This document shows, piece after piece, positions 52,754 through 64,000 of a DNA stretch of 64,000 nt (position 1 is its first letter; every line of letters begins with the position of its first letter). Both the position numbers and the translations under genes were made by a program. The notes under the pieces are model-generated. The model was given only the letters and a program-made list of their open reading frames with translations, did not search any database and had not been told where the DNA came from. The stretch covers positions 136,968,518-137,032,517 of the forward strand of contig NC_068984.1 of assembly GCF_001194135.2 (NCBI RefSeq), read 5' to 3'. This DNA is from Octopus bimaculoides (taxonomy: Eukaryota).

Positions 52754-53578
52754 CTGCCAAAAGAAGGAAAATCAGGGGTCAAACGCATTGCAATGTTATG
52801 AGATGTGGACAGAAAATTAAACTTGAGATTATGAATCTATGAAACGGATACAATGGCCGTAAACAGAAGTGGTAGTTTCAGGGTGGTAAATATCTGTGTG
52901 GGCATGACTGCCTGGTTGAGAACTTTGCTTCCTTGGGTTCAGTCCCACTGCATGGCACTTTGAGGAAGTGTCTTCTACTATGGTCCCAGACTGACCAATG
53001 CATTGTAAGTGAATATGAGAGACAGAAAGAAAGCATTGTGTGTGTGTGTGTGTGTGTGTGCATGTGTGTGTGTGCATGTGTGTGTGTGTGTGTGTGTGTA
53101 TGTGTGTACGTGCATGTATGCGTGTGAGAGAGAGAGGCAATTATGCAGATAAAACAAATTAGATTTATTAAATATAATTCACTAGTTTAGGCATGGAACA
53201 CAAACGTTTTTCATCATCATCATCATCATCATCGTTTAGCATTCGCTTTCCATGCTAGCATGGGTTGGACGATTTGACTGAGTACTAAGTGAACCAGATG
53301 GCTACACCAGGCTCCAATCTGATTTAGCAGAGTTTCTACTGCTGGATGCCCTTCCTAATGCCAACCACTCTGGGAGTCCAGTGGGTGCTTTTACGTGCCA
53401 CCGGCACGAAGGCCAGTCAGGTGGTACTGGCAACGGCCACGCTCAAAATGGTGTTTTTTACGTGCCACCTGCATGTATATATATTTGTGTGTGTGTGTGT
53501 CTGTGTTTGACCCTTACCCCTCACTCATCCACCCACCATCACTTGACAACCAGTGTTGGTGTGTCTATGTCACCGAAA

Positions 53579-53613
<35 letters not shown>

Positions 53614-55976
53614 ACATCTTTGTCTATACATTACATGATGGCTGTAAATGAGCATCATTGTCATGCAAGCAAGGTTGTTTGTTTCCAGTCTTCAGTGAAA
53701 ACATGTCCAACCATAGAAAATCTGTGCTTCAAAAAATTTTGTCTGATCCAGGCAAGCATGGGAAAGTGGGCATTAAATAATGATGAGGACGATAAACCAA
53801 CGAGAGGTTTAAAGCAACACTGAGTAGAACAACTTGGTAGAAGCAAGAATTAAGCTTCAATTGAGCTGACTATTAGGATTATAATCCCATATAATTGCAA
53901 CAAGTCAGATGAGTGGGGAAACCAGCTGTCATTTTCAAGGCTTATTAACTACGTTATCACTGTCTTCTTTCATGTAGTCATGCGACGAACATCAAACTTA
54001 CAGGCTGAGAAATATGATGTGAAACCAGGAGCTATATTGCCAAAAAATACAAGAGGTTATAACCTGACCTCCATGCTATTCTACAAGTCTAAATGTATTG
54101 AATGCATATCATCATCGTTGTTGTTGTTGTCTTCGTCATTGTCGTCGCCATTGTCCTCATTGTGATTGTTTTATATTCACTTTCTATGCTAGTATTAGTT
54201 GGACAGGTCATCATGATTGGAATCAACACAATTCTGGGGATACTATTCAACGAGACAAGTGACGGGGCCACATCTTACTCATACATCATTTTTGTCTTGG
54301 TTTCTGTGTCTGGATGTCCTTCCTAATACCAACAAAAGCACCGGTGTATTGGGTGCTTTTCTCATGGAATAAGCATGATAGAGGTCCCATGCCCTCAACA
54401 AGGTTAAAGGGCCATCATATCCTTACACTTTACAGAATATATTAGGTGCATTTCAAATTCCGCTGAGGTCAACTTTGCCTTTCAGCCTTTCGGGGTTGAT
54501 AAATTAAGTACCAGTTGCATACTGAGGTCAAGCTAAGAGACTGGCCCCTCCCCAAAAATTTCGGGCCTGGTGCCTAGAGTAGAAAAGAATATACTAGGTG
54601 CATTTTTTCACACTTCCATCACTAGAGAGGTAACCAATATGCTTTTACAAACAGGACAATTTCCACTTGTGACTGAAAGTGTAATGAAAGTTATTTCTGG
54701 AAAATGTAATTAAGATTTGTTTCTGATAGGATTCTATGGGGGAGGTACCAAAGGATTTAACCCCCATGACCCTCCAAGGAAAAGTGGGCACAGAAAATGA
54801 ATGAATGGTTTAACTGAATTTCAGTGACTTAAAATCTTGATTTTATGGATCATAAGTTTAGCTGTATTCCTTTGAGAAAGATACTGCACCATAACTGCAG
54901 TATGAAGAATTCGAAAAACCTTAAACCAAAAAGAGAATTTGAAAACAGTTAAGGTAGGGTGCTTAACTGTGTGTGTTTGAATTGTTTCTAAGTAAAGGTG
55001 GTGTCGAGAAAGATTGGAAGATGCCAGAAAGTTCTGAAAAATCTCACACACGAATTTGAACAACAATAAAAGAAAAATAAACAGAAGTTTAATAGATATG
55101 AAGAATAAAAGACATTTATTTATAAATAAACTTTCTCAACAATATTAATAAATCCTAATATATCTCCTAAAATAATGACGCTCATTACCTTGTAGAATAA
55201 CAAAATTGACAAAAACAACAACAGCAACAGCAATATTAATAAACTCTAGGGCTCCAGACAGTTTTTACAATCGTTAGTTGAAAACCATTTCAACAGCATG
55301 AGATTGAGTGATGATTTTCTAAATTACATTTTTCAATTTCTATTCCATTTTTCATTTTAATATTTGCTTTATTTTGTATTATTAAATCCTATCAAAATCA
55401 CAAAAGGTCGAAAAAAAAACGAAAAAAAAATTTAATTGAAAACTGAAAGGAAGTCATACATAAATATCTAGAGACAAAGAATGATAAAAGCAACACATAC
55501 ACATACAGACACAGATTTTGTTTTTTTTTTTATCAAATGCTTTCATTTCTTTTTTCTTTTTTTTCTTTTTCTCTTTTTCACAAACAAAAACATTTTTATA
55601 TTTCACACATTCACAGCAAATGAATTTTTATCAGCAAAATCATAACTTCCATTACATTGAAGTGTTATTTAGTTCTGTAAATGAATATTTTATGGCGATA
55701 TAAACCAACTCACCTTTATTTCAATTCTGCTAGAATTTCTTGGGTGAGTATCAAAACCTCTCTTCAGAGATTGAAACATGCAAGTTCAATTACATTGTGG
55801 TATGCTTAGATACATAAACCGCTAAAAGACACGAGTAATTATTTCTCAATGGCGACAAATGAAAAAAACTCCACTGCTTAGAGAATTCCATTGTAAGATA
55901 TAAATTTGCTGTATTCAACGCTAAGCGAAAATCAAATCAAGATTTTATCATTAAATGAATATGTACAAGCATTCAA

Positions 55977-56400
55977 TATAGGCACAGGAGTGGCTGTGTG
56001 GTAAGTAGCTTGCTTACCAACCACATGATTCCGGGTTCATTCCCACTGCATGGCACCTTGGTCAAGTGTCTTTTACTATAGCCTNNNNNNNNNNACTGCA
56101 TGGCACCTTGGTCAAGTGTCTTTTACTATAGCCTCAGGCCGACCAAAGCCTTGTGAGTGGATTTGGTAGGTGGAAACTGAAAGAAGCTCGTCGTATATAT
56201 GTATATATGTGTGTGCGTGTGTGTCTGTGTTTCTCACCCCAACATCGCTTGACAACCAATGCTGGTGTGTTTACGTCCCCATAACTTAACGGTTCAGCAA
56301 AAGAGACCGATAGAATAAGCACTAGGCTTACAAAGAATAAGTCCTAGGGTTGATTTGCTCAACTAAAGGCGATGCTCTGACTGAAAAGAGTAAAAGAGTA
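55977..56400 (+). mobile_element. Near full-length SINE family A
   Basis: Same head, body and tail as 27934-28347 in the opposite orientation. Contains a 10-N gap with a duplicated overlap. Confidence 0.85.
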
Positions 56401-57147
56401 TATATATCATCATAATCATCATCAACATCCATTTTCTATGTTGGCGTGGGTTGGATGGTTTCACAGGTGCTGGTAAAACTGGAGGTGGGGGGCACACTAG
56501 GCTTCATTGTTCTGGCATGGTTTCTATGCCTGGATGCCCTTCCTGCGCCCATATATATATGCATGCATACATGCTTCAGTCATTTGGTGGTGGCAATGCT
56601 AGGGAAGTGCCTTGAAGGATTTAGTGTATAAAATTGACCGAACCCCAATACCTAGCTTTAGGTCTAGTATTTCTTTTATGAGCCTCTAAATTACAAGAAT
56701 GTAAACAAACCAACACTGGTCATCAAGCAGTGAGGAAGAAGTTCATATACACATACACACATAAATAACATTGAGATGTGCTTTTTATGAAGAACAAATA
56801 AACATTTCGATTAGAGCTTGATGTACTTTCAGACTTCAAAAATCACAAGTAAAAAGTATATTCATGGCTATAACACATGAACAGAGCAAAATATGTTAGA
56901 AAAGTAATACAAAAATCATCAGAGATATTTTGATACATTCATTCTTACAGCTGTTTCAATAATTCTTACAGCACAATACAATTATGTAAGAATTACATCA
57001 CCAGAGAATAATTTTGCGATGAATATTAATTATACATATATATANNNNNNNNNNNNNNNNNNNNNNNNNNNNNNNNNNNNNNNNNNNNATATATATATAT
57101 ATATATATAACACTAATAATCAGATACACTGATTCTGTTTCACTTCT

Positions 57148-57890
57148 ATTATTATGATTATTATTATTATTATTGTTATAGTTATTGTTATTTCCTTTTA
57201 ATCTGCATGTTTCAATCACTTGCCAAGACACACCCAACGTCCTAGGGTGAGTGAAGGATGAGAGATATTACAGTATGACTGAAAGCTTGGGGAAGGGAAG
57301 TGGCAGGGACAGTAGTGAAATATCTTCCTGTAATACAACACAGACATTTAAATTGATAGGGCTTTCTAAGGTTGTGGGCAGTACTTGTCAGCACAATCTT
57401 TTGGATTTCTCAGAGACATGGTTCTTCTGGAATGTTATCTAGATGTTTCTGACATCCATTTTTTTATTTTTTTTATCATACCTAGAGCACTTACAATAAC
57501 AAGAACAGTTCTCATTTTAAGATGCCACATCTTTTGTATTTCAATTTCCAGGTCCTTATATTTATTTAATTCATCAAATTCCTTTACAGATATATTTTCA
57601 TCAGTGGGAACACTCACATCTATTAGTCTACAAATATAATATTTTTCTTCCCTGTCTTTAATGACTATGTCTGGTCAATTAGCCTGGAGCATTCTGTCGA
57701 TGTTGACTGGAAAATCCGAGAGGATAGTGACATTTTACCTTCAATGACTGGCTCAGGATGATGTTCATACCTGTAAGCAAGAGTGCTAATTTTGTAGTGT
57801 TTACATATTTTCCAATGTAAATACTGTCCTACCTTGTCATGGTAATTTTTGTATTTGTTTGACGTCAGCACAGGACATCCTGAGATAATC
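57148..57890 (-). mobile_element. 5'-truncated RLE-type non-LTR retrotransposon (R4/Dong-like), decayed
   Basis: Minus-strand frames give IISGCPVL...YHDKVGQYLHWKICKHY..., ...KEFDELNKYKDLEIEIQKMWHLK...VSALGMIKK and EIQKIVLTSTAHNLRKALSI*. These are the end of the zinc knuckle plus the restriction-like endonuclease C-terminus. A 3'UTR and (AAT)n tail follow. Frameshifted. Confidence 0.8.
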
Positions 57891-57903
57891 ATTATAATTA
57901 TTA

Positions 57904-57934
<31 letters not shown>

Positions 57935-59324
57935 CATTATTATTATCGTCGTTGCTGTTAGTCAACTAGTTAATCAATTAACTAATTGATTGTTTGTTTA
58001 GTCATGCAGTCAATGATTCAATCAGCTAGGTTTGTCCAGAGTCCCTTTACTGTCATTTCCAACTTCATCAGCGACATACCTCTCTAATCCAGGATTGTCT
58101 GTCTCCTACTTCACAGATGTATATTTGTGGGGATGTGAGAGAGAGAGAGAGAAAGAGAGTGTGTGTGTGTGTGTGTGTGTACACCTATATATGCATGTGT
58201 ACATGCATGCCGGTGTGTTATGATGCAGATTCAGTGAGTAACAGAGACCACGTCTACGTGCACATGCATTCATGTGTCCATATGTGTGCACAGCGTGAAT
58301 TCCGTAAAATGTGAATGTAGTTAAATGGTTATTCATTAATTCATTTCGTGATGAGTTCCGTTGTCTTTGTAAATGGATTGTGTGTGTGTGTGTATGTGTG
58401 TGTGTGTATGTGTGTGTGTGTGTGTGTGTGCATGCGTATAGGTGTCCATCAGTACATGTGCATGCATATATGAACATTCAAGTCCAAATGCTTACTTATT
58501 TCCAGAAGGGAATGGATGGTACTGATCAAAATTAAAATTTTATGAATCACCTCATCTTTCATCTTAATAACTCATGGGAATAAGCGATCTATCAACTAAT
58601 GAACCGAAATTCACATGTACGAAACACACAAATGTATGTTAGCTTGTTAACACACAAATATATTTCTTTTATTCTTTTACTTGTGGCCATGTTGAAGCAC
58701 CGCCCTTTAGTCGAACAAATCACACCCAGGACTTATTCTTTGTAAGCCTAGTACTTATTCTATCAGCGACGTTGGGGTGGGGGACAAACACAGACACACA
58801 AATACATACGTACATGCATATACATGTATTGGTATAAATACAATGGGTTTCTTTCAGTTTCCGTCTACTCAGCTGGCAAAATGGATTGTAGGGCGACATG
58901 CCATGCTTGAGGAGACCTATTGAGTCAAGTACATAAAAATGAAAATCAAATGGAAATTGTAGTTGTGATCCCCGTGCTGGTAGCATATAAAAAGCACTAT
59001 CCGAACGTGGCCAATGCCAGCGCCACCTTGACTGGCTTCCGTGTCGGTGGCACGTAAAAAGCACCAACCGATCGTGGTCATTGCCGGTGGCACATAAAAA
59101 GCACTCACTACACTCTCAGAGTGGTCGGCGTTAGGAAGGGCATCCAGCTGTAGAAACACTGCCAGATCAGACTAGAGCCTGGTGTAGCCTCCTGGCTTCC
59201 CAGACGCCAGTCGAACCGTCCAACTCATGCCAGCATGGAAAACGGATGTTAAACGATGATGATAATGATGAAGATGATGATACACACACACACATACATA
59301 CATATAGTACTTGGCACACTTCCT

Positions 59325-59690
59325 TTGAATGGAAGCATGCCAAGTACTAGAACCTTTTGCAAGACTGCAGGGTGAAGGAATGGCAATCATAGCTATTCCT
59401 AGCTGAGGTGGGCTGAAGGGAATTCTCTGCCCAGTCAGTATGGAGGATGCTTACAACCATTGGAATTAGGGGGGAAAAGGGCTAAAGTAGCTGTATGCAG
59501 GAAGGGAGAGGCAAGAGAAAGAACCTCCTGCTAGATATAGAACAAAAGAGGAGTTAAGCTAGATGTCAGGAGAAGATATGCAGGGATTAGGCCACCACTA
59601 CTGATCCACCAACAGGATGGTGTTCCAGTTCAGGGTTGGATACTGTTTGATGACATCAATTCCTGCTGGTCAAAGCTACATTCACCAAAG
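59325..59690 (+). mobile_element. Decayed HERO-like RLE retrotransposon C-terminus and 3'UTR
   Basis: Translates as CRVKEWQS*LFLAEVG*REFSAQSVWRMLTTIGIRGEKG, matching the GW..WLFPVEVG.RGF.AQSVWRML..IGI motif, with stops. Confidence 0.6.
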
Positions 59691-59696
59691 ATGAAT

Positions 59697-60071
59697 TGTT
59701 GGCACTCCATCGCTTACGACGTCGAGGGTCCCAGTTGATCAACGGAACAGCCTGTTTGTGAAATTAACATGCACGTGGTTGAGCACTCCAAAGACACGTG
59801 TACCCTTAACGTAGTTCTCGGGGAGATTCAGCGTGACACAGAGTGTGACAAGGCTGGCCCCTTTGAAATACAGGTACAACAGAAATAGGAACAAAGAGAG
59901 AAAGTTGTGGTGAAAGAGTACAAGAGCGGTCGCCACCACCCACTGCCAGAGCGTCATGGAGCTTTAGGTGTTTTCGCTCAATAAACACTCACAACGCCCA
60001 GTCTGGGAATTAAAACCGCAATCCTATGACCGCGAGTCCGCTGCCATAACCACTGGGCCATTGCGCCTCCC
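59697..60071 (-). mobile_element. Full-length tRNA-derived SINE (family D) with 12-bp TSD
   Basis: Same family as 4239-4623. The direct repeat ccaaagatgaat lies at 59685-59696 and 60072-60083. Confidence 0.9.
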
Positions 60072-62018
60072 CCAAAGATGAATAAAGAAGAAGCAACTTC
60101 TTTTAGACATTATCAATGCCATAATTGCACTATACAGCTCTGACCACAACAGTGTTATTGCCCCTTAGTATTGACATGTCCTTTGCTTTCCTTGACAAGT
60201 TTCCAAATGTGTTTTACACCAGAAAATGTATTCGATATAATTGAAATACAGAGGAGAAAGTATGTAAATACATGCCTGGGCAGTTAGAGTATGTTGTTAT
60301 ATTATTACATACGGTGCAATTTAATAAACTGTTGTTGTTGCATGTGATTAAATAAATAAAATAGAATTATTAAATATAGAGAATTAAGCGTTCATTATTG
60401 TGAGTTTTAATTTGTTGCAAGCAACCAAAGGATTTTGTTTACATGTAGTTTTATTAGATATATTACAGGGGAAAATATAATGTTAAGCTTTGAATATTTT
60501 GAAGGAAATTTCATTCCATATATAAGCAGGGGTATGTGACGTTTTGGTACAGCCATTTCGGAGCCCTCGATTTCGCATTGCTAATTCAATCCTGAGTTAT
60601 TTAACATCGGATATTTTGATGTTTAGACATTGGATGGAGTCTGTATGGAAGAGAATTAACAGTAAAGTTGTCTGTCAGGGTGACATGCTCCTCTTTGCAG
60701 CAACTTGGAATCATTTGATGAATCAAGGAAATAAAGTTGTTCCCAGATTAAAAGGAGCCAATGTATTGATTAATCTGAATAAATGAGTTAACTAAGTATC
60801 TTTCATAGATTTTCCTAAGAACGAATAGTTCAAAGGTTGGGATCAAACAATCACATGACCTTCCAAACAATATCCAATGGATTAATGTTCCTAAATCAAA
60901 AAAAAAAAAAGAAAAGGAAACTATTTGAGATTGACTATTATCAGCAGTATATACCAAAATTTGTAGACATAGTCGAGCCTCTTTTTTTCTACTCTTGGCA
61001 CATGGCTCGGAACTTTTGGGGAGGGGCTAGTCGATTAGACTGACCCCAGTATGCAACTGGTACTTTATTGACCTTGAAAGGATGAAAGGCAAAGTCGACC
61101 TCAGTGAAATTTGAACTCAGAACATAAAGACAGACGAAAAATCGCTAAGAATTTCACCCGACGTGCTAACGTTTCTGCCAGTCAAGCCTCTTCTTGCAGC
61201 AACATATAGAAATACCATTATTTTAAGGATGTAGCAAGAACAGGCTTTATAAGAAGACAAAAGAACTTACCATAATGTCTTGGCATATTTTCAAAATATG
61301 CACATTTTCAAAACAAAAAAAAATATCTCCAAAAATCACCCCAGGTTCTATATGCAAAGCTGGGCCTCCCATAAATTAATTTTGAGCCTGCCACTCACTA
61401 CCATATGCTTATTCTAACCCTGAAAATCCCTTCTACCAAGCTTGACTCCATAATATGAGCAGTTAGATTAAGTTTTTATATACAGTAATGGCTTCCTGCT
61501 GTAGCTAAAGTGCTTTTGTAATATATTGCAAAATTGCTTGAAATACTACATGCTTTGAATGCACTGAAAACATTTTTCCTAAATATGCCCTGCTGAAATT
61601 GGGATGCATCAAATATGCCTGTGTATCTTTGATGCCATCAAATACAGTACTCAATACACTGATTTTGCAATGTGTGTGTGTGCATGTGTGTGTGTGTGTT
61701 TCAGTCGTCACAAAAATGTACGTATACTGACGGATACATGCACCATCACACACATATACTTGTCAGTCATCAGCCTAACATAGGTTACAAACATGTGAAC
61801 GCAGTCATACAGAAAATGTGATGTCATCGTCATTGTGGTGGTGATATAAAATGACGTTTATGATAGGTGACTAAAAGTAAAATGACAATGTTAAATTTTT
61901 GTAATGCAAATATGTGAATGAAAATATAGTTTAGTTGGTAACCAAAAGCTTACTGAATCTTTTGATACCTCTTATGTCAAAATCAGCAATTTGGTTTTGG
62001 AATGCATAGAAAACATAT

Positions 62019-62069
<51 letters not shown>

Positions 62070-62098
62070 AACTCTCTTTTATAGTTATAGATGACTGG

Positions 62099-62327
62099 TC
62101 AAGCCATTTGGCATCCAGATTATTCTATCAAATGCAATGTTTATTTATTCACATTGTTTTGAATTAATCATGCATTATTAATCTGAAAGTTTCGAGATTT
62201 CAATGATGTGATTGTTTATTTTTAGAATAACATTGTCAAGTATGTGTGAGAGGTTGGATTTGGCTAGTTTGAATCATAAAACAGAATGTAGGCTGGACAT
62301 GGCCAATTTAAATGTTAAAAGGCTTGA
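62099..62327. mobile_element. Degenerate TTAA-type MITE of another family (partial relatives at 45276-45390, 48774-48957, 12502-12540)
   Basis: Shares the internal sequence ttatttattcacattgttttgaattaatcatgcatt with those copies. Ends resemble ttaaccctttagcatt...aatgctaaagggttaa. Confidence 0.6.
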
Positions 62328-64000
62328 TAGATCTTTCAGAACAACTTACAAGACCTGATTCTGAACTGACTGAAGAGAATAATCTTCTATAGAAACAGAC
62401 TATTTATTCTGAGACAATATCATGCACATGTTCTTCCCACAATTCATGACACACACATGCACACACACTTATATACACACACATGGATGTACAAACACCG
62501 AAAAAAGTAAGGGTGTATGTTTGGAGACCTAATCTTGTTTGAGATGGTGAAAAATTTTTTTAATCTTGTAATATGCACTAAAATCAGATTTAAAGGCATC
62601 TTGTGTACTGATAAATGGTCTGAGTCACTGCCCTGAGAAAGACTACACATGGGCTTATGTAATTATCATAAATAAAGCAACAAGATTCTATAGACTTGTT
62701 CAGAAGAACCTTGGTATTTAGAAATATATAAAATCAGTTAACACTTTACATGTCTACTACAACTGCTGTGATTCTGTAAGAGAATGTAACAGATTATATG
62801 TCTGTACATAAATCATGTTGCATTATATCTCATTACACTTCAATTTGACATTAGCTTTACAAAATGAATTGAACTAAAGCCCATTTTAGCAAAGAAATTC
62901 AATTCCTTGGACTGAATATACTAACAGTCTTCTGACAGAGACTTCAAGTATAGCCATTATTGCCAAAATATATAAAAATATAAAAAAAGACAAGACAAAA
63001 GTTGAAAGCGTTTGGCATTTCTTCTTCAAGAAGATGGTAGTTTAAAGGAAGTTATTAACAAGGAAACTCTCCTCACAGAAGTTGACAGCTCTTCTACTCT
63101 TGAGAATGAACCAGACTTGCTTTTCAAGATTAACAATGGATTTACTGGGAAAAAATTACCAAAGTTATGGATAATTTTTTTTCTATGAAATGCGCCATTT
63201 CAAATTCTCTGTGCTCTCTACAGTTATATGTAATACTCGACTATGAATATTTACAAAGACGTCTCTATTCACTTATTCAAAGAAAGAAATTATAGTCAAA
63301 GGAAATTTTCTTTGAAATTTTCAAAGAATTTTTGAAGGAAAAGATGAATTCTAATTTCCTTACGACTCATTGTATAGTCACTTTATGAAATATACATTTC
63401 TGTCTCTAATAAAAAGAGGAAGAAAAATATTGAATCTTCTCCAATAAATCATCTAGATATATGACTTATCTCTTTTAATGAGCCAGAAGTGTCATTCTTT
63501 TATCATGGCTCCTACTTAAGCACAACAAGGATATTTAGTTCCAAAATCCAATAGATTCTTAAGATGATGTCTCAGAAGACTTCGTAATTAATGTAATTAT
63601 TCTACAGAAGACATAGCAGTATGGTTAACCTATGTTTTCTCTAAGAAGGGAGTTAAAAGCAGCACAGCAACTTAACAAAACACACATCAAATATTTAGTA
63701 CTTGCATCCAGTGATAAATTGTGACATAACGAGGAGAGATGAAATAAACCAAAGACATTTCTTTATTTTCTGATATTGCTAGCGTTCCATCTCACTGATG
63801 CATTTCAGGGGTCCTCGACCAGTTTTTGCTATGAACCCCTTTTTACTCTGCTTTTCTATTTTACTCTACAGGGCCCCCATAGCCATTCAATATTTTAAAA
63901 TATCTTATTATATATATTTTTGTGATTAAATATTAATTTTTAGGCAATTCATCATCATCATCATCCTCGTTTAATGTCCGCTTTCCATGCTGGCATGAGT

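Noticed and set aside
55714-55824. Candidate upstream PNPT1 exon (good gtgagt donor)
   Set aside because: The phase required to join the CDGR exon contains a stop and the peptide does not resemble PNPase. Similar candidates near 53990-54050, 58080 and 61970 also failed.
56045-56134. 40-bp direct duplication inside a SINE
   Set aside because: The copies flank a 10-N gap, typical of an unmerged contig overlap.
60540-60800. Possible decayed Tc1/mariner transposase C-terminus
   Set aside because: Only vague motif resemblance, and no TIR was identified.
63020-63190. Stop-free ~53-codon plus-strand stretch (QEDGSLKEVINKETLL...)
   Set aside because: No recognisable homology and no convincing donor site. 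Expected by chance or from decayed TE sequence.

Overview
This is an AT-rich animal genomic window with many microsatellites and N-gaps. The SINE/MITE complement looks like an octopus (coleoid cephalopod) draft assembly, but that assignment is inferred. Almost all ORF-track entries are translations of microsatellites, gaps or TE debris. The only host gene I can support is PNPT1 (mitochondrial polynucleotide phosphorylase) on the minus strand. Five small GT-AG exons (52753-52651, 42133-42075, 33311-33275, 12653-12587, 12407-12318) splice in frame to (R)[119 protein letters not shown], which is part of the second RNase-PH domain. I did not find the flanking exons, so the gene probably extends beyond both ends of the window or into the gaps. 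The introns contain several tRNA-derived SINE families (some with clear TSDs), RTE-LINE 3' ends, remnants of RLE-type retrotransposons (R4/Dong-like and HERO-like), mariner fragments, TTAA-flanked piggyBac-like MITEs, long palindromic MITEs and a degenerate tRNA-Asp(GTC). I did not find a new multi-gene system. The best leads are a candidate 12-nt PNPT1 microexon, an inverted pair of dimeric SINEs bracketing two exons (circRNA/ADAR candidate) and several long intronic hairpins.
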